Assembly (NCBI GenBank): GCA_041178425.1
Contig: JBEGVH010000021.1
Span: forward strand, 49,608-113,607
DNA from: Pseudomonadota bacterium
Lineage (GTDB): Bacteria; Bdellovibrionota; Bdellovibrionia; Bdellovibrionales; Bdellovibrionaceae
Direction: 5' to 3'
DNA length: 64,000 nt
A program made the position numbers and the translations under genes. The number at the start of each line of letters is the position of its first letter. Position 1 is the first letter of the stretch. Positions 17,253 to 25,904 of this stretch are shown here, one piece after another. The notes under the pieces were generated by a model. It was not told the DNA's origin and made no database searches. It saw only the letters and a program-made list of their open reading frames with translations.

Positions 17253-17758
17253 AAGGATAGGGCCTTACGCAATTCTTGGGGCGAAGAGTAATAGTTGATG
17301 AAAGTGATCTTGCCCTTCTCTAAGCCCAACAACGTGACCTGTTTTTCTTTAAAGGGCACTCCATTCGTCAACGTCCCTTCTCGATCGAGAAGTATCGAAT
17401 AAGAAAGTTTTCGCATTTTTGGCAAGGCTGCAAACTTAAATACCAACCCCGGCATGCCACTCACATCTGCTAAGTAAGCAATACCTTTTTCATTGAGTTT
17501 AGACTGCGGAGTTGATTCTAATGTCGCTGCCACTAATTTACTGGCCGCCATATCGCGGGCAACAATGAGGAGCTTAATCTTGTCATTGATAGAATTTTTA
17601 ACATCGTTTTGATCAGACACATCAAATGCTGATATTGATTTTCCTACTTGCCACTCGGAAACCTCTTCGCCCCAGGCAGAAGCAAAAGAAAACAATCCCA
17701 TCATCAAAGTTATAATTAGGGTTCTAAAAACGGCTAGCTCTTTGATGAGATTCAACAT
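17249..17758 (-). CDS. Periplasmic thioredoxin-like-fold protein without CxxC
   Basis: Signal peptide (ASAWG); pattern F-x-x-x-DQ...ADVSGMP...LLDREG. Confidence 0.55.
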   Translation of the reverse strand: MLNLIKELAVFRTLIITLMMGLFSFASAWGEEVSEWQVGKSISAFDVSDQNDVKNSINDKIKLLIVARDMAASKLVAATLESTPQSKLNEKGIAYLADVSGMPGLVFKFAALPKMRKLSYSILLDREGTLTNGVPFKEKQVTLLGLEKGKITFINYYSSPQELRKALSF

Positions 17759-17996
17759 AATAACTCCTTGATAAGCTGTCTTGATTTAAACGTAATCTAT
17801 TTAACTAAAACTATTCCTTCAACAATTATCTTAAAAATCCTACAAGAGGGTTCTTTTGCACTTAAAGGACCCTGTACCTTGTTCGACCCCGAAATATCCC
17901 TGTTCGATATTGATACGGTGGAGACAGGCAATGGCGAAATCTTGCCATCGTCACTGTATTTTTTTGAGAAACATGCAACAAGATAAAATTTTTTAT

Positions 17997-18023
17997 TAAA
18001 AAAGAAGTCCTGTTTGCCGATGA
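17997..18023 (+). promoter_or_regulatory. Sigma-28 (FliA)-like promoter upstream of fadD
   Basis: TAAA-N15-GCCGATGA. Confidence 0.55.
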
Positions 18024-18084
18024 GAACCTTCGGAGTCAATCCACTAAGAGCGCGCTTTTTAGAAAACCGACAGGAGATTCAACG

Positions 18085-19752
18085 ATGACACGCATCTGGC
18101 TAAAAGAATACCAACAAGGTGTACCCTCTGACATCAATCCAGATCTTTATAATTCAATACCCGAGATACTCACTCCAAGTTTTAAAAAATATGCCTCTCA
18201 CCCAAGTTTTACGAGTTTTGGGACTACTTTTACCTATGAAAAAATCCACACCCAAGCGCTAAAGTTTGCCGCTTTTTTGCAAAAAGATTTAGGACACAAG
18301 CCCGGCGACCGTATTGCTTTAATGATGCCCAATGTTTTACAATACCCTATTTGTATTTTTGGCGCGCTTTACGCTGGGATGACCATTGTGAATGTCAACC
18401 CGCTCTACACCGGCAGAGAACTCCAATATCAACTCAAAGATTCTGGGGCTGAGACGATTGTTATTTTTGCCAATGCTGCGGCAACTCTCCAAACGATCGT
18501 CAAAGACACTCCGATAAAAAACATTATCACTACTGAGATTGGAGATTTGCTTAATTTTCCAAAAAACATACTCATTAATTTTGTTTTAAAACATGTTAAA
18601 AAGATGGTGCCCGCTTATTCCTTAGCTAACGAAATAAGTATTCAGACAGCCTTTGAGAGTCGAACCACCCAAGATTTTACGCCAGTGACGATAAAAAATA
18701 CCGACATCGCTTTTCTTCAGTACACGGGCGGAACCACGGGAGTTTCTAAGGGAGCAATTCTCACCCACCGAAATATGATCTCGAATCTCTTGCAAGCTAA
18801 AGCCTGGTTGGACCCAGTGATCGAAGATGGCAAAGAAGTTATCATTACGGCTCTTCCTCTCTATCATATCTTCTCACTCACAGCGAACTGTTTTACGTTT
18901 TCGTTCGTTGGGGGCCACAACATAATGATTACAAACCCCAAAGACATACCCGGCTTTATCAAAGAACTAAGCCGCTGGAAATTCTCAACCATCACTGGCG
19001 TGAACACCCTTTTTAGAGCGCTTATGAATGATCCGAAGTTTTCGCAATTGGATTTTTCAAAACTAAAGATTTCGCTCGGTGGCGGAATGGCGGTGCAAAA
19101 AGCCGTGGCCGTTGAATGGAAACAAAAAACCGGAACACCCCTCATTGAAGCCTACGGACTCACAGAGACAAGCCCCGCGGCCTGTATCAACCCCCTTAAT
19201 ATTCCAGAATTTAATGGTTGTATTGGAGTTCCCATTTCATCCACCGAAGTGAAAATTTTAGATGATAATGGCAACGAACTTCCTATTGGAGAATCGGGAG
19301 AGATCTGTATTCGAGGCCCGCAAGTCATGGCGGGCTATTGGAAAAAACCCGAAGAGACCGAGAAAGTCATGACCCGTGATGCTTTTTTTAAATCGGGCGA
19401 TATTGGCTTTATGAATGAGAAGGGCTTTGTTAAGATCATGGATCGCAAGAAAGACATGATTCTTGTTTCTGGATTCAATGTTTATCCTAATGAGATTGAG
19501 GATCTTTTGGCAACTCACCCTAAAGTTCTTGAGGTTGCAGCCATTGGCGTAGCCGATGAAAAGTCGGGAGAGGTCGTAAAAGTCTTCGTGGTGAAGCGAG
19601 ATTCCTCTCTCACCGACGATGAACTGATTCGCTTCAGCCGCGAAAATTTGGTTGGTTATAAAGTTCCTAAAAGTGTTGAGTTTAGGGACTCCTTACCCAA
19701 ATCAAATGTTGGAAAAATTCTTCGTAAAGACTTGCGTGATGGCGCAAAATAA
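18085..19752 (+). CDS. fadD: Long-chain fatty acid--CoA ligase
   Basis: QYTGGTTGVSKGA, EAYGLTETSP, DRKKDMILVSGFNVYPNEIE, PKSNVGKILR; AGGAG RBS. Confidence 0.92.
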   Translation: MTRIWLKEYQQGVPSDINPDLYNSIPEILTPSFKKYASHPSFTSFGTTFTYEKIHTQALKFAAFLQKDLGHKPGDRIALMMPNVLQYPICIFGALYAGMTIVNVNPLYTGRELQYQLKDSGAETIVIFANAAATLQTIVKDTPIKNIITTEIGDLLNFPKNILINFVLKHVKKMVPAYSLANEISIQTAFESRTTQDFTPVTIKNTDIAFLQYTGGTTGVSKGAILTHRNMISNLLQAKAWLDPVIEDGKEVIITALPLYHIFSLTANCFTFSFVGGHNIMITNPKDIPGFIKELSRWKFSTITGVNTLFRALMNDPKFSQLDFSKLKISLGGGMAVQKAVAVEWKQKTGTPLIEAYGLTETSPAACINPLNIPEFNGCIGVPISSTEVKILDDNGNELPIGESGEICIRGPQVMAGYWKKPEETEKVMTRDAFFKSGDIGFMNEKGFVKIMDRKKDMILVSGFNVYPNEIEDLLATHPKVLEVAAIGVADEKSGEVVKVFVVKRDSSLTDDELIRFSRENLVGYKVPKSVEFRDSLPKSNVGKILRKDLRDGAK

Positions 19753-19822
19753 AGAACTCCTAGACCTACGCCCAGAGTTTTAACGCTATTACTGCGGATC
19801 GCTGTCATAAACCGAAATTGAA

Positions 19823-20632
19823 ATGACAGCGATCACTGCCACTGGCGATAATGAGCCTATGAATACAGCACTTAAATTAAACCGAAATAAAATGTTTCTT
19901 CATGACGACCAAGTGAATGATTTCTACGAAAAAGGTTTTTTTGTTTTAAGGAATCTTATCAAGCCTGATGAAATAGAATCCATCAAAAAATCTTTTGATC
20001 GCTTGCAGGCGATTGCCTTGAACCTCAAAAGCACACAAGAATATCTCGGTTCTCAATTTGTGGTTGAAGGTGATCGTATCGATCGAATTGTTTGGATGGG
20101 TGGCGCAGAACCAAGTCTTCTTCGCTTCGGCGAAGATGCTCGCATTCTCGGCCCCTGCAGCCAAATCCTCGAAACAGATCACTTTGATCAACTTATTTGC
20201 CAGGGCCACTACAAGCTTCCTGGTGATAGTGTTAAATTTGATTGGCACCAGGACTGTCAGCACCGAGGCGCAGGAACTCAAGATTGGGTTGATGTGGATG
20301 GACGCGGAAGTTATGTACAAACGCTGATGGCAATCGACGAGGTCACTCCCGAAAATGGGCCAGTTAGTTTTATTCCTTATTCGGTCAAACTTGGCTATCT
20401 TGAACTCGAAAAAAAATCGAATCCAACAGAGTTTTTTGATCTCTCTCAAGCCGTTCCTCTCTTAATGCAGCCTGGTGACGTTGCCTTTTTCCACCCCTAC
20501 TCCATCCATGGAAGCGAACCCAATCATTCCAATGGACCACGTAGAGTATTTATAAATGGCTTCGCCTACCCTGGCGCGAACAGAAAAAAGTACCCCGGCG
20601 ATGGCGCTGGTCGCACAGTGAGTTTGCGTTAA
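19823..20632 (+). CDS. PhyH-family Fe(II)/2-oxoglutarate dioxygenase (start may be 19859)
   Basis: WHQD motif, MQPGDVAFFH..IHGS and a distal Arg (PRR). Confidence 0.85.
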   Translation: MTAITATGDNEPMNTALKLNRNKMFLHDDQVNDFYEKGFFVLRNLIKPDEIESIKKSFDRLQAIALNLKSTQEYLGSQFVVEGDRIDRIVWMGGAEPSLLRFGEDARILGPCSQILETDHFDQLICQGHYKLPGDSVKFDWHQDCQHRGAGTQDWVDVDGRGSYVQTLMAIDEVTPENGPVSFIPYSVKLGYLELEKKSNPTEFFDLSQAVPLLMQPGDVAFFHPYSIHGSEPNHSNGPRRVFINGFAYPGANRKKYPGDGAGRTVSLR

Positions 20633-20675
20633 TTAATGCAAGGATTGGCTTAGGCGCTCACTTTCATTTTTGGTG

Positions 20676-22019
20676 TCACCGTGACAGCAGACGACTCAGT
20701 TGCGCTTTTTGGTAACTGGCAAAAGCCCCAGTATATAAAACCCGTAAGAGGGGATCTTCGAGAGGGTCGATTTCTTTGATCGTCTCTTCGATAGGCTTCT
20801 CAAACAAACAATCATTGATTCGCAAATACAGAGAGGAGAGCGACTCTCCCTCGCTAAGTGCCCCGTAAAGTCGAGCCATAATTATTTCGGTGAACCAGTT
20901 AACAGGTTGAGCCAAGTTCTCGATTGGCTCCAGTTGCCCCCCCTGGATTCTATAACAATATTTGAGCGCAGTGCCATCGCCTTGATATACATTTAACTGC
21001 CAAATTTTCTCGGTAAAAAAATAACCTTCCTCATCGATCACTAGCTGCTCAAAACGGTCTTTCAACCCATGCTCGAGAAAGTGAAAAACAATTCTCTTCT
21101 CTTCTTCGGACAAGTCTCCGAAATGGTGTGCCAACTCCGATGTCTTTGGAGGAACAAGGGAGGCATCATAAACATAGTCGACGTCTTGATTTCCAATCGG
21201 CTTCACCCATTCGAGGGAATCACTCCATCGGAAGGCCTCATGCTGTAGTTCAATGCCCACCGAAGGGTTCATGCGAACCACTTTCGTGTGTGGCAATAGC
21301 TCCAACACTTGATTCTTAAAACTTTGGTAGCTGATGGGAAAAAAAGCTTTATTGTACCAAGACCACTCTTCCATTTTAAACTGACACGAACTCGGCACCA
21401 AAATCCGCGGTTTTAAACATTGTAACTGATCAAGCCACTCCTGTGGCAGCTTCCCCGTGGACGCCTCACTCCTCGATGGTGTGATGACTTCTAGTTCTCG
21501 CATGGTTTGAAACGGCCAAAGCACGAGATCCCAAGGACCTCGCTTTAAGAGAGCCTCAAAAACCTCTGGATCGATCCAAGAATCGACCACGTTGAGTATA
21601 TTAATCCCTTTGTGTTGAATTTGAAAAATCGAATCAACTTCTGCATCAAGAGCCCGCCAAGGGGTGATTGTAAATTCACCCACCCTTATCGCCTGACCAA
21701 GAATAATTGGTTCGACCGTTTTAAACCCCAGGGTTTTGATCATCTCGAAAAGTTCTTCATGCAGGCAAAAGAGAAATATCGGGGTTGAGCGATCAAGGTG
21801 CTTTAAACTATCTAACGAACAATGATCGTCGTGATAATGAGAAATAAAAACAGCATCCAGCTTTAATTTACAAATTTGATCATAATCGAAGGCGACGGAC
21901 GGAAAAGAAAAACAGTTTCTACTGAATGGGCTTTCAAAGATGGGATCAAACGATAATTGGTGTTCACCATCTGCAAAAAAATAACCCGCATGAAGAATTC
22001 TGTTTATTCTTAAGGCCAT
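20676..22019 (-). CDS. Metallo-beta-lactamase-fold protein (UlaG/CMAH-like)
   Basis: SHYHDDH (HxHxDH); N-terminal HAG and DP motifs. Confidence 0.7.
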   Translation of the reverse strand: MALRINRILHAGYFFADGEHQLSFDPIFESPFSRNCFSFPSVAFDYDQICKLKLDAVFISHYHDDHCSLDSLKHLDRSTPIFLFCLHEELFEMIKTLGFKTVEPIILGQAIRVGEFTITPWRALDAEVDSIFQIQHKGINILNVVDSWIDPEVFEALLKRGPWDLVLWPFQTMRELEVITPSRSEASTGKLPQEWLDQLQCLKPRILVPSSCQFKMEEWSWYNKAFFPISYQSFKNQVLELLPHTKVVRMNPSVGIELQHEAFRWSDSLEWVKPIGNQDVDYVYDASLVPPKTSELAHHFGDLSEEEKRIVFHFLEHGLKDRFEQLVIDEEGYFFTEKIWQLNVYQGDGTALKYCYRIQGGQLEPIENLAQPVNWFTEIIMARLYGALSEGESLSSLYLRINDCLFEKPIEETIKEIDPLEDPLLRVLYTGAFASYQKAQLSRLLSR

Positions 22020-22168
22020 GTCTTTGCTTATCGAGTTTGTCTCAAAAAGTCTAAGATAAAAGCAAGACGAAAGACTGACTTCGCAGGGGCGCTCAATTTA
22101 TTGTTTTTAGAAGGATCATAGTTCGGCATTATTAAGATATTATCTCTGACTGCTTTGAAGGCCTAAAT

Positions 22169-22597
22169 ATGCAAGTTTTTCATCTTCTTTATATTTCAAA
22201 AGCCGCGCCTCATCTCGACATCGATGATTTACGGAAGATCATCACAATTTCAAATAGGAATAACGAAGCCTCCGATATAACCGGAGCCCTCTACTATCGG
22301 GATTTCTACTTTATGCAGTTTTTGGAAGGCGACGAAGCTAAGGTTCGAAAGCTTTATGAGAAAATAGCCAAAGATCAACGACACATCGAAACGAGAGTGA
22401 TCGGAGAGGTGTTTTCTAATCGACGCTTATTCGATACTTGGATGTCTGGTTTTGCCGATAGAATGCCAGTCAAAAAGAAGGCCGAAGAAATCTTTGCGCT
22501 CATTGAGTTAAGTTCGAAATCGGAGATTCTGCATGACCTTCAAACTATGAAGAGCAGTATTCGCCTTTTTGGAAACGCCTGCACGATGATTGAGTAA
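22169..22597 (+). CDS. Stand-alone BLUF blue-light sensor
   Basis: LLYISKA...NN...ITGALYY...FMQFLEG...I..D.RH...RLFDTWM, with the conserved Tyr, Gln and Met. Confidence 0.88.
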   Translation: MQVFHLLYISKAAPHLDIDDLRKIITISNRNNEASDITGALYYRDFYFMQFLEGDEAKVRKLYEKIAKDQRHIETRVIGEVFSNRRLFDTWMSGFADRMPVKKKAEEIFALIELSSKSEILHDLQTMKSSIRLFGNACTMIE

Positions 22598-23001
22598 TAA
22601 TTCGATTCGTTGAAAATGGTACATCCCTCCTGTAGTGCTACCCATTTAGACCGGACATCCTAGAAAAAGACTAGATCATTTGCATTTAAAGTAGGGATTC
22701 TTTGCCTAATTACGAAGATAAAGAAAAACAACCGCTATATTGGTCTCTCTATGAGCAGTAGTAGCCGGCAGGGATCACGATCTTTTTCCACCCATGAAAA
22801 TGCGGGTAAATTATTATCACAAACGACTGGGTTTAAGGCTAATGAATCGTGATTTTTGGAGTCAACTCCGAAAATAAAGCTTTTTTTTGACAGGCCTCCA
22901 AACGCATCTTTCAGCCTCTGGATCTAGGTTTTGGGTGGGGCAAATATTATGTTGAGGAACTAATTTGGATTTACATAGGAGGCGTGAGAGTGATTTAAAA
23001 A

Positions 23002-23077
23002 TGGTGCGCCCGTAGGGACTCGAACCCCAAACCCTCAGATCCGAAGTCTGATGCTCTATCCATTGAGCTACGGACGC
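23002..23077 (-). tRNA. tRNA-Arg (anticodon UCG), CCA encoded
   Basis: Minus strand GCGTCCG...TCAGA-CT-TCG-GA-TCTGA...GTTCGAGTC...CGGGCGC-ACCA; 76-nt cloverleaf. Confidence 0.95.
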
Positions 23078-23204
23078 GTTTTAGAATGGACTATGAAAAC
23101 CTATGAAAAAAAACCAGAGAGGGCAAGTCTTTTTCCCAAGGGAACAAGTCTTTGCCGACTGCGTAGGAGCCCAAACTTTAAACACAGGCCCCTCCTTCTT
23201 ATGC

Positions 23205-23768
23205 CTAGAGGGGGCGAACCTTACACGTCGCCTTGAGAACAGAACTCCATTCCATCGAAAAGGCGTCCATGGCAGCCCCAGCAAATTCGCGGGCATCAAC
23301 CCCAAGATCTTCAAGTGAGCAGGTTCGCACCGGGGTTCCTTGATTAGAAACATTCACAGCAAAATGCACCATGGTTGAAACAGCGCTTTTAGAGGCGATA
23401 CTAATAGAAAGCTTTCGATCACCCCAATAGAGATCATCGCCGTCACGAACAAGACTTTGTTCGTCTAAGTTGTTCGACATTTCAAGGAGGAGATCTTTCA
23501 CAATGGCTGCGAAGATCCGCTGAATGAGAACCCCCGTTGCCAACTCGCGGTGAAAAACCTCAATAATAAAGTGCACCATATCTCCACCAGCAATAGAGGC
23601 TTCGGCGATGAGATCTTCTCCATCAATCATGTGTTCAAAACTCACATCACACGAACCGCGCCAGGCAACAATTGAGTCACCGAGTACGCCCCACTTTAAA
23701 TACGCAAAAAGTGGTTTTAATTGTGTTCCATCATAATGAATGGTTTCGCTGATCCATGAGGTTTGCAT
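23205..23768 (-). CDS. DUF366 family protein (BPL/LplA-like fold)
   Basis: YDGTQL...GDSIVAWRGSCDV..EHMIDGED...MVHFIIE...RDGDDLY..RKLSISIA...HFAVN. Confidence 0.75.
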   Translation of the reverse strand: MQTSWISETIHYDGTQLKPLFAYLKWGVLGDSIVAWRGSCDVSFEHMIDGEDLIAEASIAGGDMVHFIIEVFHRELATGVLIQRIFAAIVKDLLLEMSNNLDEQSLVRDGDDLYWGDRKLSISIASKSAVSTMVHFAVNVSNQGTPVRTCSLEDLGVDAREFAGAAMDAFSMEWSSVLKATCKVRPL

Positions 23769-23992
23769 CGAATTCACTCCCTAAGGCGAGTTAAACATTG
23801 AATCAAGTCTGCCCTTTGATCTGGATTTTATCCGTCTCCATTTGAAATTATCTTAAAAGAGGACCTGAATAAAGCTCTTTTAAACCTTAGGGCCAGGTCT
23901 GGGCGTTCAAAAATCAAAAATTTTCACCCATAATAAACGGAAGAGGCAGATTAATTAGTCAAACATGCCTCACTAACGAAAGGACTCGTACT

Positions 23993-24295
23993 ATGTCTGT
24001 CAATTTCGATATCCCCAACCTCTATCAGTTTCTTACTCAAACCCCCGAAGGTGGACTCAGAAAAATGCTCGTGGATGGAAAGCCAATGACCGAGGTTCAC
24101 TTTAACCTAATGATGAAGGTGGTCCGACATGGAGACCAATCTGAATTTACCAACTTTTGTGAAACAGGTGCTTTTCCACCCATTCGTCTTTCACCCAAAG
24201 AGCTTCCAATGAAAGAAACATTTTGGAATGATTGCTTGAAAACATTTGGTGCCCGAGGTTTATTACAACCCGGAGGATCGACAAAGGCGGCATAA
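23993..24295 (+). CDS. Hypothetical protein
   Basis: Clean 100-aa ORF with an AAGGA RBS. Confidence 0.65.
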   Translation: MSVNFDIPNLYQFLTQTPEGGLRKMLVDGKPMTEVHFNLMMKVVRHGDQSEFTNFCETGAFPPIRLSPKELPMKETFWNDCLKTFGARGLLQPGGSTKAA

Positions 24296-24320
24296 TTTCG
24301 AGCCCCCTTGGTCAAACACT

Positions 24321-24893
24321 ATGGCAAAGATCTACACAAAAACGGGCGACCAAGGCAATACATCACTTTTGGGAGGCACTCGCCTCCCAAAATCGCATCC
24401 TCGCTTTCATGCTTACGGTACTATAGATGAACTTAATGCTCATCTTGGGATCATAGTCTCCCAACTTACACTCCCCGCTGATGGCCAAATAAAATCTATT
24501 TTATTACGAATTCAAAACGAACTATTTGTTGCGGGTGGTATGCTCGCTTGCGACGAAATAGCCTGGCTCCATAAAATCCCCGCACTAAAAAATGATAATG
24601 TTCTTTTGCTTGAGCGGGAAATCGATGAGTGGACGATACAACTGCCACCTCTTCAAAACTTTATATTACCGAGTGGAACTCCTGCTGCCCTCACCACTCA
24701 TGTGGCTCGCACCGTCTGCCGTAGGGCTGAACGCTGGACTTTAGATGTGCTCAATGAGGCCTCCAACGAATTTAAGGAAGACTACGGACGAGTGGTTACC
24801 TACCTCAACAGACTTAGCGACCACCTTTTTACGTTAAGTCGTTATCTCAATCATAAATCCCAAATCATTGAGACTCCCTGGATCCCATCGTAA
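24321..24893 (+). CDS. pduO: PduO-type ATP:cob(I)alamin adenosyltransferase
   Basis: KIYTKTGDQG, AYGTIDELN, FILPSG, ARTVCRRAER, YLNRLSD. Confidence 0.88.
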   Translation: MAKIYTKTGDQGNTSLLGGTRLPKSHPRFHAYGTIDELNAHLGIIVSQLTLPADGQIKSILLRIQNELFVAGGMLACDEIAWLHKIPALKNDNVLLLEREIDEWTIQLPPLQNFILPSGTPAALTTHVARTVCRRAERWTLDVLNEASNEFKEDYGRVVTYLNRLSDHLFTLSRYLNHKSQIIETPWIPS

Positions 24894-24952
24894 GGTCGAG
24901 TCCTGCTAGTCTTTACTTAAATCTTAGAGAGTGACCTGTTAGACTTCTAAGA

Positions 24953-25882
24953 GTGAAAGCTGCAGCATCAAAAGACCAAATAAATTCATTTTTTCTTGAA
25001 CGTTGGTACCCCCTTCTGGCTTCGACTTTGGTGGGATTATTCGTTGCCGATGTGATTATTATGAACATCCGCCCTTCAATGTTGCCAACCAAGGCGCCCC
25101 CTGCAAAACAAGTTTTGCCGTTTATGGATCAATCTCCTCCACGCGGGGCTTACAATAGTATTACTTCAAAAAATATTTTTAATTGGGACGGCAATATTCC
25201 GGATCCATTAACGCCAAAAGGATCAAAAGAACTTAAACCTGGTCTCGAACAAGCCCCCATTCTCTCCCAACTTCCTCTTAATTTGATTGGAACCATTGTT
25301 CATTCAAACGCCGAAAAATCAGTGGCCAGTATTGAGGTTAAAAGTAAAAACCAAAGTATTTCTATAAGAGTTAAAGGCGAAGTTGAAAACATGGCCGAGA
25401 TTCTCAAGATTGAGCGAAATAAAGTGATCTTTCGCAATCTCAACAATAATCAACTGGAATACATTGAGATCCAAGCAAAAAGTAAAATCTCGTTTACAGG
25501 GGCAGCACCCGTTTCAAGAGGCGGTGGCGATGAATCAGTTAAAACCACCGGCTCCAATCAATTCGCCATCAAACACAGTGAGATCGTAAAACAAACGTCA
25601 AATTTGCAAGCCCTCCTCAATCAGGCGCGATCAGCTCCTCACAGAAACCCTGAAACTGGTGAGGTCGATGGATTCACTATCTTAGATTATCAACCAGGAA
25701 GTATATTTGAAAAACTTGGGCTCCAGCGAATGGATATTCTCAAAAACGTTAACGGACAACCCGTTGACAGCCCTGCCAAGGCCATGGAGCTCTATAATGC
25801 TCTTAAAAATTCAGATAAAGTGAGTATATCTATCGACAGGGGTGGAAAAACCGAAACGCTCGATTACTCAATAACTAAATAG
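24953..25882 (+). CDS. gspC: Type II secretion protein C (TM, HR domain, PDZ)
   Basis: N-terminal TM, LNLIGTIV HR domain, C-terminal PDZ (PGSIFEKLGL..DIL..VNG); directly upstream of the secretin. Confidence 0.85.
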   Translation: MKAAASKDQINSFFLERWYPLLASTLVGLFVADVIIMNIRPSMLPTKAPPAKQVLPFMDQSPPRGAYNSITSKNIFNWDGNIPDPLTPKGSKELKPGLEQAPILSQLPLNLIGTIVHSNAEKSVASIEVKSKNQSISIRVKGEVENMAEILKIERNKVIFRNLNNNQLEYIEIQAKSKISFTGAAPVSRGGGDESVKTTGSNQFAIKHSEIVKQTSNLQALLNQARSAPHRNPETGEVDGFTILDYQPGSIFEKLGLQRMDILKNVNGQPVDSPAKAMELYNALKNSDKVSISIDRGGKTETLDYSITK

Positions 25883-25904
25883 ATTTAGTTAATTAAGGTG
25901 GTGT

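Noticed and set aside
17927..17948. Fluoride riboswitch-like GGCAATGG...TTGCC upstream of fadD
   Set aside because: The downstream pseudoknot-forming segment is missing and the gene context does not fit; only a simple hairpin is supported.
22598..23001. Integrated element at the tRNA-Arg(UCG) 3' end
   Set aside because: No integrase and no direct repeat of the tRNA end was found in the window.
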